Virus record (IMG/VR): IMGVR_UViG_3300003691_000003
Location: 1-14,096 of that record
Direction: 5' to 3' (one strand)
Length of the DNA stretch: 14,096 nucleotides
DNA from: a virus
Lineage: Duplodnaviria > Heunggongvirae > Uroviricota > Caudoviricetes
In this document: positions 1-7,749 of the stretch, piece after piece
Layout of the letters: the number at the start of each line of letters is the position of its first letter
Numbering within the stretch: the first letter of the stretch is position 1
The notes under the pieces: generated by a model
Databases searched by the model: none
The model's input: the letters and a program-made list of their open reading frames with translations, nothing else
What the model was told of the DNA's origin: nothing
Position numbers and translations under genes: made by a program

Positions 1-72
1 GGCTCTTCCTTAGGCTCTTCCTTAGGCTCTTCCTTAGGCTCTTCCTTAGGCTCTTCCTTAGGCTCTTCCTTA
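1..72. repeat. 12-bp tandem repeat (ggctcttcctta) x6, coding K-E-E-P on the minus strand
   Basis: Six perfect copies at 1-72, in frame with the 260->1 ORF. The array may continue past the window edge. Confidence 0.97.
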
Positions 73-260
73 GCTTCAATTGGTTCAGCTTTCTCAGGCT
101 TAGCACCTTCTTCTGTAAATTTACCAGCTAGTATAAACCTATCTATGAGTGTGTCTTCCTGGTACTCATCTGGGATAAGGTTCATTCGTCTAGGTCGTAT
201 TTCAAAACGTCCTCTTAACTTAACGGGTGAATCTAATTTACTAAATATATGTCTACTCAT
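1..260 (-). CDS. Small acidic protein with a (KEEP)n repeat, running off the left edge (absent from the ORF track)
   Basis: Hand translation from ATG at 260: MSRHIFSKLDSPVKLRGRFEIRPRRMNLIPDEYQEDTLIDRFILAGKFTEEGAKPEKAEPIEAK(EEPK)n, with no stop before base 1. The ATG overlaps the end of the upstream ORF (TATGAGTAG). Confidence 0.8.
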   Translation of the reverse strand, partial: MSRHIFSKLDSPVKLRGRFEIRPRRMNLIPDEYQEDTLIDRFILAGKFTEEGAKPEKAEPIEAKEEPKEEPKEEPKEEPKEEPKEE

Positions 261-699
261 AGGAATGTCCTCTAGGTGTTCTATTTTTTAAATATTTATT
301 ACCTTCGTAAGCTGCTTCTGATGCTATGGCAACTCCTCCGGCGGTTTTAAGTTGAGCTATTCTCTGCAACTTATGTAGTTTATTATACGCCTTTCCTTCA
401 GATTTACTAAAGTTTTTTGAAACGTACTCTGCCCTATCTTTTCTAGGCATAGCTTTTATGCCTGAAACTTGTTTCTTAAGGGCCTTGTTATTGGATCTAT
501 TAAAGATACCACGGATACCTTTGACCTTATGGCGATCTACCATATTATCTTCAAAAGTTCTAAGCTTGCCACCCATAGCAGTGTTCACGGTTTGAACGCC
601 TTTACTAGTAGCCTTGCCTGCTGCCTTGTACGTAGCTCCGAATGCATCCTTTACCTTAGACAACTTGCTTGCTTTCTTTATAAGGTCATGACGGTTCAT
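253..699 (-). CDS. Lys/Arg-rich putative internal head protein (148 aa)
   Basis: Co-oriented downstream of the capsid gene. Very basic, N-terminal LIKKAS motif, C-terminal small-residue stretch TAGGVAIASEAAY. Confidence 0.75.
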   Translation of the reverse strand: MNRHDLIKKASKLSKVKDAFGATYKAAGKATSKGVQTVNTAMGGKLRTFEDNMVDRHKVKGIRGIFNRSNNKALKKQVSGIKAMPRKDRAEYVSKNFSKSEGKAYNKLHKLQRIAQLKTAGGVAIASEAAYEGNKYLKNRTPRGHSYE

Positions 700-701
700 G
701 C

Positions 702-1004
702 TTACTTATCCTTGCCAGAAGACATCACTGCTCCACCTACCACTCCACCCGCTACTCCTTTAGCCGTAGAACTGGTTAGCATACTCTTAGCCTTTTTAAG
801 CTTAGCCTTATTGGGCTCGCTCATACGATAATGCATATCCTTAGCTTCAGCTGAAACACTTCCAGCCATCTTCTTGGCATCTTTTGAAACGGATTCCGCT
901 AGACCTTTGGCCTTAGCTACATTTCTCTTAGCTCCAAAGCTCAACGAGCTAAACATCTTCTTAGCTATAGATGCTCTTTTAATAAGTTCTTGTCTAGTGT
1001 ACAT
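702..1004 (-). CDS. Lys-rich putative internal head protein (100 aa)
   Basis: N-terminus MYTRQELIKRAS, C-terminal glycine zipper GVAGGVVGGAVM, AGGA upstream of the start. Confidence 0.75.
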   Translation of the reverse strand: MYTRQELIKRASIAKKMFSSLSFGAKRNVAKAKGLAESVSKDAKKMAGSVSAEAKDMHYRMSEPNKAKLKKAKSMLTSSTAKGVAGGVVGGAVMSSGKDK

Positions 1005-1017
1005 AAGGGGTTTCCTG

Positions 1018-1272
1018 TCAGGTGAGGCTCAGAGAGCCGTTAGTTGATTTTGCGTTAACCGGTTTCAGAGTCGGACTCTTAGTCAATCGCTTGTTGAATG
1101 TGTTAGTCACTCCAGTTCCAGTAGTTTTCTTCATCTTGATCTTGCCTACTTCCTTAGGCTTTAAGACGCTTACTTTCTTCAGGGAACTAGTCTGAGCACT
1201 AATAGGCTTAAGCTTCAAAGCCTTGCCTGCTTGTATAAACGCTACTTTCTCTAATATAGTTTCTTTTTTCAT
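1018..1272 (-). CDS. Lys-rich putative internal head protein (84 aa)
   Basis: N-terminus MKKETILEKVAF followed by a K/T/S-rich low-complexity body. First gene after the capsid terminator. Confidence 0.7.
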   Translation of the reverse strand: MKKETILEKVAFIQAGKALKLKPISAQTSSLKKVSVLKPKEVGKIKMKKTTGTGVTNTFNKRLTKSPTLKPVNAKSTNGSLSLT

Positions 1273-1299
1273 AAATGTATTTTAACAGTTTTGCTTTAT

Positions 1300-1329
1300 A
1301 AAAAAAAGGCCCCTATAAAGGAGCCTTTT
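1300..1329 (-). terminator. Rho-independent terminator after the major capsid gene
   Basis: Minus strand AAAAGGCTCC-TTTATA-GGGGCCTTTTTTTT: a GC-rich stem with one G-U pair and a U8 tract, about 26 nt after the capsid stop. Confidence 0.85.
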
Positions 1330-1355
1330 AATTTGCACTATGGCGAGGTGTAAAC

Positions 1356-2258
1356 TTAGTCTACATCAATAACCGTAATACCATTAACATTACCGATACC
1401 AACACCTACTGCTTCGTAAGTTTCGAATTCGATCATGTCAGCTTCAGTCTTAAGATACACAACTGCATCCTGAAGCATGTAGAACTGACCTAGATACTGA
1501 GGAGCAGTGTAGAACATAGCTCTAGTATTCGGAAGGATATCGTTCTTAATGGTAGTTAGGATGTCCCAACCGTAGAAGTTCTTCTGATCAGCACCATCAT
1601 AAAGAGCAGACGCTTTAGAATCACCAATTTGAGTAGCTGGCTCAAGTAACAACTCAGAATACATTTCTTGAGTCATTAAGATTTGACCTACTGGTAATTG
1701 CTTACCTAGTAAGTTCTTAACACCTGCCATCAAGTTCTTAAGCAATGAACCCTGAGAGTTACCTGCTGTAAGATCGATAACATTAGAGTTAGCTGTGGCG
1801 ATTGCTACAGTAGAATCATAGAAGTTTTGATCTTCTTGCTTCTGTAGATCTTTAACACTATTTTCTTGAAGAATGTTACGAATGTCAGTACGGTAAGTAC
1901 CTAACTCGAATTTAGACTTCTTGAATTTAGCAGATTCAATCTTGTGGAAAGTAACTTCATAGCGTGAGCCATTGAAGTAACGAACGTCTGGAGAACCAGT
2001 AAACGCAATGTTTGCTGCTACAGAATCGATCTCTTTCTCAACGATAACTTTAGGCTCGTCGCTTAGACCACGGTCAAGCTCAGCATTAGAAATCATTTGT
2101 GGCTTAAGAATCTTACGTGTAAAACCATCTTCACGTAGCTTCTGGCGTACGAATGCAGACATAGCAGCACCCGCTTCTTTTTCCAACCCACCTTCAACCT
2201 TGTCTAAGAAAGACTGGTTAAGGAATTGGGCGTTTACTGTTTCAGTAGTATAATCCAT
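1356..2258 (-). CDS. Major capsid protein, HK97 fold (300 aa)
   Basis: Last gene of the protease-scaffold-decoration series, strong AGGAG RBS, followed by a terminator. It has a spine-helix-like segment TDIRNILQENSVKDLQKQEDQNF and a single LEKEA site at residues 25-29 that would remove a propeptide. Confidence 0.85.
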   Translation of the reverse strand: MDYTTETVNAQFLNQSFLDKVEGGLEKEAGAAMSAFVRQKLREDGFTRKILKPQMISNAELDRGLSDEPKVIVEKEIDSVAANIAFTGSPDVRYFNGSRYEVTFHKIESAKFKKSKFELGTYRTDIRNILQENSVKDLQKQEDQNFYDSTVAIATANSNVIDLTAGNSQGSLLKNLMAGVKNLLGKQLPVGQILMTQEMYSELLLEPATQIGDSKASALYDGADQKNFYGWDILTTIKNDILPNTRAMFYTAPQYLGQFYMLQDAVVYLKTEADMIEFETYEAVGVGIGNVNGITVIDVD

Positions 2259-2270
2259 AATAAACTCCTA

Positions 2271-2708
2271 TTATTTAACCATGATTGTTAGACTAGCTGG
2301 TTCAGCACCTACGGCAGCATGTACAGCAAGTACAAGTGCAACTGGGGCTCCAGTAGTAATAGTTTGTAAGATACCGGCAGCAGCACAAACTTCGTCACCG
2401 ACATTTACCGAAGTAATGTTGACGCCTTGTGTACGTGCGATAAAGTTACTCCAAAGTACAACGGCTTGATCACCTGCTGCAGCTACGGAATCACTATCAC
2501 CGTTACCACGAACAACATAACCTAACTTGCTAGCAGTAAGGCCTACTGCCTCAACACCGCAAAGATCTATTGTACCATCTGCTTGCATTTCTACAACATC
2601 ACCAGCGTTCAAAGTAGTTGCAGCTTTAATAGTCTCGTTAGACTCTAAAGCACAACCATTTGGCCAGCCACGTTGTACCATAAATGCATAATCCATACTA
2701 ATTGTCAT
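2271..2708 (-). CDS. Probable head decoration/cement protein (145 aa)
   Basis: Directly upstream of the capsid gene, AGGAG RBS, Ala/Val/Gly-rich beta-type sequence (LNAGDVVEM, VNVGDEVCA). Assigned on position and composition. Confidence 0.55.
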   Translation of the reverse strand: MTISMDYAFMVQRGWPNGCALESNETIKAATTLNAGDVVEMQADGTIDLCGVEAVGLTASKLGYVVRGNGDSDSVAAAGDQAVVLWSNFIARTQGVNITSVNVGDEVCAAAGILQTITTGAPVALVLAVHAAVGAEPASLTIMVK

Positions 2709-2750
2709 TTATAATACTCCTACGTATTTTTAAAATAAAACGATTCAAAA

Positions 2751-3107
2751 CTAACTCATTAAGAACCTTGTTAAAGGGTCCCCTGCATCATCTGCAGAAG
2801 CTCCATGGGCATATCCCAGACCAACAGGTTGTTCACTTAAGTGAGCTAGTTTCTCTAGAGTACTTTTATCTGCACCTTCGAGATCCTGAAGTTCTTTTTC
2901 AGTAAATCCAGCATTTGCTAGTTTTTCCATAGGCTCAGAAATCTCAGTTATCCTGGTATTCTCTTTCGCTTCTTTCTCTAACGAGCTAGCTTTCATATTG
3001 CTATTACTTAGTTTAGTTTCAATTTCTGAAACATATGATGCAGTTTTTTCTAATATTTCTGCACTTTCTTTTAAAAGATTTGTATATTTTGATTTAAAAT
3101 CAGACAT
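2751..3107 (-). CDS. Putative scaffold/core protein (118 aa)
   Basis: Helical and E/K-rich, with four motif copies (LEKTA, LEKEA, MEKLA, LEKLA). TAATG overlap with the upstream gene. Confidence 0.6.
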   Translation of the reverse strand: MSDFKSKYTNLLKESAEILEKTASYVSEIETKLSNSNMKASSLEKEAKENTRITEISEPMEKLANAGFTEKELQDLEGADKSTLEKLAHLSEQPVGLGYAHGASADDAGDPLTRFLMS

Positions 3108-3316
3108 TAAATGTTCTCCTTCAAGGTATCTACCAAAGAAGACGCTGCTTCTTTACTCAATCCCTTAGTTGCTACGAGTTCATCTACGGCAGCCTGTTTA
3201 ATCTGTTCCCAAGAATTAGAAGATTCTACCTCGGGAGATGCTTCAGAAGCAATACTTTCTACTTCATCTAAAAAGCTTGCAGCTTTTTCTAATAATAAAT
3301 TTGAAATTGTACTCAT
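3107..3316 (-). CDS. Small acidic putative scaffold/core protein (69 aa)
   Basis: GGAG RBS. Motifs LEKAA, LSKEA and the relaxed IKQA. Confidence 0.6.
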   Translation of the reverse strand: MSTISNLLLEKAASFLDEVESIASEASPEVESSNSWEQIKQAAVDELVATKGLSKEAASSLVDTLKENI

Positions 3317-3337
3317 TATTAAACTCCGATTGAGGTC

Positions 3338-3354
3338 GGGGTACTAGGTACCCC
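3338..3354. other. Perfect intergenic inverted repeat GGGGTAC-TAG-GTACCCC
   Basis: 7-bp stem with a 3-nt loop between the 243-aa and 69-aa genes. There is no U-tract on the minus strand, so it is not called a terminator. Confidence 0.7.
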
Positions 3355-3361
3355 TAGCTAA

Positions 3362-4093
3362 TTACTCTTCGTTAGAAGCGTTATCTTCTGAGAACTCAGC
3401 CGATACAGCAGCAACTGCATCTTCGATACCGAAACCATGTTCAGTAATCAATGCATTAACAGCAGCAACTTTAACGTGCTCTACTTCTTCAGATAAGATT
3501 TCTTCTTCAGCTTGCTTTACTAGAGATACTGCGTCTTCGAAAGACATATCTTCTTCTGCTACTAAGTGAGAAACAGCAGCTGACTTTTCAATGTCCGCAG
3601 ACACTGGTTGTTCGCCACAATCTTTAGATGCTTTACCTTCTTGGGCTACTTCTTTACCTTCAGCTTCATCTTTATCACACGTAGCTCCACCTGCAATGCC
3701 ACGATCGATAACTGCTTTCAGTACTTCGTTAACTTTACCTTCAGGAGTACGTTCTGTTTCACTATCTTGATCAGCTACTAGGCTATCAGTTTTAGTTTGT
3801 ACTTCATTAGCAGACTTCTCTAATGTGTTGATTATGCCTTGTGCCAATTTGACGCCAAGATCCTGTGCTTCTTTATTCATCTCAGTAGATTCCTCTTCAG
3901 ATGTTATTACTGTTTCAGTTGACTCAGCGTCAGCTTCGCCTGCTTCTTTTGTCAAAATAGATTCTAGCTCACTAGAGATAGAACTATCTTCTATAATTTC
4001 TTCAGTTGTTACTTCATTTTCAGATGCTTCTTTATCAAGAGTATCTGGCTCTAGGTCTTGTAAAAGATCTTCTAATGTTAGGCCGTTCGTCAT
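3362..4093 (-). CDS. Prohead scaffold protein (243 aa, highly acidic)
   Basis: Immediately downstream of the protease, GAGGA RBS, extremely E/D-rich, with six strict motif copies (LDKEA, LTKEA, MNKEA, LEKSA, IEKSA, LVKQA). Confidence 0.7.
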   Translation of the reverse strand: MTNGLTLEDLLQDLEPDTLDKEASENEVTTEEIIEDSSISSELESILTKEAGEADAESTETVITSEEESTEMNKEAQDLGVKLAQGIINTLEKSANEVQTKTDSLVADQDSETERTPEGKVNEVLKAVIDRGIAGGATCDKDEAEGKEVAQEGKASKDCGEQPVSADIEKSAAVSHLVAEEDMSFEDAVSLVKQAEEEILSEEVEHVKVAAVNALITEHGFGIEDAVAAVSAEFSEDNASNEE

Positions 4094-4170
4094 GTGTGTA
4101 TCCTCAGTTTTGGATTTAGTTCTTCTTCAATCGTAGTCTGAAGATACAGACTTCGAATCTGTCAAATATT

Positions 4171-5748
4171 TTACTTAGTATTAAATAACTCTTCAGCTGT
4201 AATATTAGCATCAAAGTTACTGTACAGTAAACAATTTCCTGCATCAGATAAAACTGATTCTGCAGATTTAACTATGTTTAGTTTAGCACTATTTCCATAG
4301 TTTATATTTTTTTCTAAAAAATCTAGTCTATTTTCTAATATCATTCTCTCTTTATCTTTGAATTTAGCATCCATTAGAGAGGATATGTAGAACCTGGACA
4401 TAAGTGCTGCTCCACCTAGGGTAAGTAACGTCTTAAACAGACCTCCATTATTACCCGGTTGAAGCCCCCTAGCAGCCATTTGATTCATAAGGTCTTCCTT
4501 ACTCAGCATAGGTCCGGTAACGGATACCGGTAGTTGCGTCATACCGTTGCCCCAATTGGCGTACCCAGCTCCCCCATCGCTTGCTCTTTTCTCTACAAAA
4601 GTAGAGGATAGAGAAGTATCGGATAGCAGCTTACTCACTAATCCTTTTAAGATAGGATTGCTTTCTGCGTTATCTACATCCGGAAGTAACCGGTTAGCTT
4701 CCTCTGGTATATGCTTAGGATGTACTCGTAATAGTATCTCAGTTACTATATCGCCCATGCCAACGCCATCTTCCCCTACGGCTTTTTGACACAGTAGTTC
4801 TGCCATGAAGCGTATGGATGGGTTTATTCCAGATTCAGCAAGAGTATTTAGTATCTCATTCCAAGAGAATTTAGACAAAGTACTTATGAGTGAATCCTTA
4901 GGATCTTTGACTACTTCCAAGATCTTTTGTAAGCTGGGATCAGAGGATATAACCTGACCACCATCTACGACTTTTATTAATTCCGATAGCTTGTGTAGAG
5001 CAGCTTCCTTAACTTGGTTAGCTTTCTTAGTAAGAATATCTTCATCTTCAGCTAGCTCAGCAGAACTTACTGCAGCAGAGTTACTGGCAACTTTTTCGAG
5101 AATGGAACTGGTAATATCGGCAGGGCGAATAACTATGCTCATATCGAAGAACCTTAGTGGACCATCATTCAATGCCATAGTTTTACGCCCGTCTGGTCGT
5201 AAAGTGTTTAGTTCGTTTCTTAGATGAGAACAATATTCCTGTCTGGTGTGTGCTCTATTGCCACATATACTACATATGTCGTATGGAGTCTTGCACGCCA
5301 TAGAGGTGAGAGGGTATTCTCCGCTTGAAATCTTATCCTCTATATCCTGCCCAAGAGTCTTACTGACTTCTGCAATAAGTTCTACTCTGTGCATTCTATC
5401 GTTATATATGGCAAATATAACTTTTCCAATAGCCTTGGCAGGATCTTTATTTATGTGGTGTCTAAAAATATGAGCAGGACTAGTTTCGAAAGTCTTATAG
5501 TAATTACGTAAATTGGCTTCAGGGAAGTAATCTCCGTTCTTATTACTGCCATAGTACTCACCGGCACCCATTGCATTTATATGCAAATAGGTCATGCCTT
5601 CTTTAGGTATAAGGTGATTAGAGATATAGTCCTTTATCCTAGAATCCGCAGCTTCCTTAGTTAGTTCGGACATATCTCCGTGGATAACCGTAACCTGAGG
5701 TTCGTCAGGGCTGTAGTATGAAGCTGTGTCTACTAGTTTAATAATCAT
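4171..5748 (-). CDS. Prohead maturation serine protease (HK97/assemblin-like) with a Cys/His insertion and long C-terminal extension
   Basis: His region HIFRHHINKD, Ser motif LTSMAC, and FFDMSIVIRPAD resembling the E-x-S-x-V-x-x-P-A motif of phage prohead proteases. CSIC...YCSH cluster. Position upstream of scaffold and capsid. Confidence 0.8.
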   Translation of the reverse strand: MIIKLVDTASYYSPDEPQVTVIHGDMSELTKEAADSRIKDYISNHLIPKEGMTYLHINAMGAGEYYGSNKNGDYFPEANLRNYYKTFETSPAHIFRHHINKDPAKAIGKVIFAIYNDRMHRVELIAEVSKTLGQDIEDKISSGEYPLTSMACKTPYDICSICGNRAHTRQEYCSHLRNELNTLRPDGRKTMALNDGPLRFFDMSIVIRPADITSSILEKVASNSAAVSSAELAEDEDILTKKANQVKEAALHKLSELIKVVDGGQVISSDPSLQKILEVVKDPKDSLISTLSKFSWNEILNTLAESGINPSIRFMAELLCQKAVGEDGVGMGDIVTEILLRVHPKHIPEEANRLLPDVDNAESNPILKGLVSKLLSDTSLSSTFVEKRASDGGAGYANWGNGMTQLPVSVTGPMLSKEDLMNQMAARGLQPGNNGGLFKTLLTLGGAALMSRFYISSLMDAKFKDKERMILENRLDFLEKNINYGNSAKLNIVKSAESVLSDAGNCLLYSNFDANITAEELFNTK

Positions 5749-5750
5749 TA

Positions 5751-6392
5751 TTAAGCCATTATGTCTCTAACTTTAAATTGGTCGTATCCTCTGAACTTAC
5801 TTTCCAAGTCTGTTAATGACTTGATTGTTTGAGGATCCATAACTTCAGCATGTACTGCGCTAGCCAGTATAGCAGACAGGAGGTTAACGTCTGTAGATAC
5901 ATGAGGAGCGAAGCGATGTATAGTTTCACCGAAGCGTTCTATCTTACCACGGTTTCCTTGTCGTAGGATAGGGTTAGTCTTGATAGCAAATGCTAATGCT
6001 TCTTCGTAATCTCCTCTGAGACCTTTAGCTTTTATCTTATTAGAAGCCAAGTTTCCCATTGTAACGCCAGCACCTATAGATGCAGACATGCCTAGCATTG
6101 GCAAAGTCTTCTGTATCTGCTCTCTGACTCCGTCTCCGAAAGAGGTAACAGTTTTTTTGACGCTACCATCTGCACTATCCGTAATAGTACGAGCAGAAGA
6201 TCCGAACAGTGACTTAAGCCTGGACATGGACTTTCGAGCAGCATCTGTTATGGCACTTGCAGATTTCTCTAGCTCAGCAACAGTGGCATCTATAACTTCT
6301 CTGTCAGCGTCTAAAGTACCTGCTTCTTCAGCAACCTTGGTAAGTTCTTCTTTTACAATTTGTATAAATTCTTGTGTTTCGTTAGTATTCAT
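5751..6392 (-). CDS. Putative virion/internal head protein (213 aa)
   Basis: Acidic N-terminal 45 aa ending at LEKSA, and a central hydrophobic segment LPMLGMSASIGAGVTMG. Function unknown. Confidence 0.6.
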   Translation of the reverse strand: MNTNETQEFIQIVKEELTKVAEEAGTLDADREVIDATVAELEKSASAITDAARKSMSRLKSLFGSSARTITDSADGSVKKTVTSFGDGVREQIQKTLPMLGMSASIGAGVTMGNLASNKIKAKGLRGDYEEALAFAIKTNPILRQGNRGKIERFGETIHRFAPHVSTDVNLLSAILASAVHAEVMDPQTIKSLTDLESKFRGYDQFKVRDIMA

Positions 6393-6410
6393 TTTTTAAG
6401 TCTCGATGAG

Positions 6411-7307
6411 TTATATGATTTTTTGTAAGCTCTTAACTACGTCTTTCTTACCTGGCTTCGTAGAATAATCTATGACTCCGCCTATTCCTGCCATGCCTGT
6501 TCCACTAGTTAGTACTTTCTTGGTAGTTTTTCCAGTTAACTTAGCTATGCCCTTGGCCATTATGCCTAGTACCTTAGCTGCCTTCTCTATATTTCCTAGA
6601 TGATCATTTTTCAAAGAAGTCATAGATTCAGCTGATTTGTACATGTTACATAGATCTCTTGCAACTGATAGGTCGGAATCTTTGAATATTATCTCAGAAT
6701 CTAATTCGGACGCAGACTTCTCTAATCCTGGAATAAACTTAGAAAAGAATCGATACTCTTTCTCAGTAGAAACCATGGCTAACTTCTCTAGGCAAGAATC
6801 TTCCTTACCAAAATCTTCAGCAGCATTGGTCATATTCTGTAGAAGTATATCAGATTCATCTTCCAATCGTTTAACTACTTCTGCGGTCTTAAGTAATTCC
6901 TGGCTTATTAGATAATGTCTAGTACGTTCATCAAGGCCTAAAGAGTCTTTATTCTCAGAAGCGACTTTATCCATTTCCAATGGCTCGTTCATTATTTCTA
7001 ACGGAGTTTTCTTAGAATATACGCTAGCTTCTTTGCTCATACTTTCAGTACCTATAAGGAGTTTTGACATGACATCCGAGTAATCCGCAAGAGGGAACTC
7101 AAAAGTTCTATTGTCTGTAATAGTTTGCAGCTTTAAGTAAGTCAACTGGTTAGTTGCTTCTATAAGTCTCTTAATTTGATCGGGATTGTACGAGTGACTT
7201 TTAGCTACTAGGGCTATAGACTCAGACAAAGGTATCTTGTTGTTAATGAAGGCTTCTGCAAAACTTACCGCTAGCTCTCGTATTTTGTCTTGATACATAT
7301 CACTCAT
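6411..7307 (-). CDS. Putative prohead core protein (298 aa)
   Basis: Helical, seven strict motif copies, basic amphipathic C-terminal tail. 4-nt overlap with the upstream gene. Confidence 0.6.
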   Translation of the reverse strand: MSDMYQDKIRELAVSFAEAFINNKIPLSESIALVAKSHSYNPDQIKRLIEATNQLTYLKLQTITDNRTFEFPLADYSDVMSKLLIGTESMSKEASVYSKKTPLEIMNEPLEMDKVASENKDSLGLDERTRHYLISQELLKTAEVVKRLEDESDILLQNMTNAAEDFGKEDSCLEKLAMVSTEKEYRFFSKFIPGLEKSASELDSEIIFKDSDLSVARDLCNMYKSAESMTSLKNDHLGNIEKAAKVLGIMAKGIAKLTGKTTKKVLTSGTGMAGIGGVIDYSTKPGKKDVVKSLQKII

Positions 7308-7747
7308 TGGTCGTTATTCCTATTTTGCGCTATTCTTTCTAGATACTTATTGTCCGTAATGGACGATACTTTTTCTAAATATTTTTTCTTAATTTGTTCA
7401 GTTCGTTTCTTACCGTAGGCGTAGCCACCTAATGAGCCGGCAGCGGCAGCACCTGCTCCACTAGCTAAGGCTAAGCGAGCTATCCTAGGTACGGCATTCT
7501 TCATAGCTTTGTTGCCTGCAGTTATAGCAGATTTCATTGACTTATGAGGATCTTTAGGGGTATTGTGAACTACATGAGCTTCTACCTTATCGGCTATTTT
7601 TCTAGCCCGAGTATAAGCACTATATCCGCCAATACCTGTTCCTGCTATAGCTCCGTAGGCAGCCCCTTTCTTGGCACCCTTTTTCCGATTACTCTTTCTA
7701 ATCGTAGGTATCTTAAGTCTGTCTTTTATAGTTAACTGTTCAGTCAT
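7304..7747 (-). CDS. Basic glycine-zipper protein (147 aa), putative virion cargo
   Basis: Gly at 24/28/32/36/40, a second Gly/Ala-rich segment, C-terminal KYLEKVS and KYLERIA, AGGA RBS. Confidence 0.7.
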   Translation of the reverse strand: MTEQLTIKDRLKIPTIRKSNRKKGAKKGAAYGAIAGTGIGGYSAYTRARKIADKVEAHVVHNTPKDPHKSMKSAITAGNKAMKNAVPRIARLALASGAGAAAAGSLGGYAYGKKRTEQIKKKYLEKVSSITDNKYLERIAQNRNNDQ

Positions 7748-7749
7748 TC

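Noticed and set aside
1-72. CRISPR array
   Set aside because: 12-bp head-to-tail units with no spacers, in frame in a CDS.
1356-2258. Encapsulin nanocompartment interpretation
   Set aside because: The size fits, but the protease, scaffold, decoration and PAAR context indicates a phage head, and no typical encapsulin cargo enzyme is adjacent.
4110-4165. Overlapping hairpins upstream of the scaffold gene (AGTCTG/CAGACT; ACAGA/TCTGT)
   Set aside because: Short imperfect stems away from the RBS, with no assignable function.
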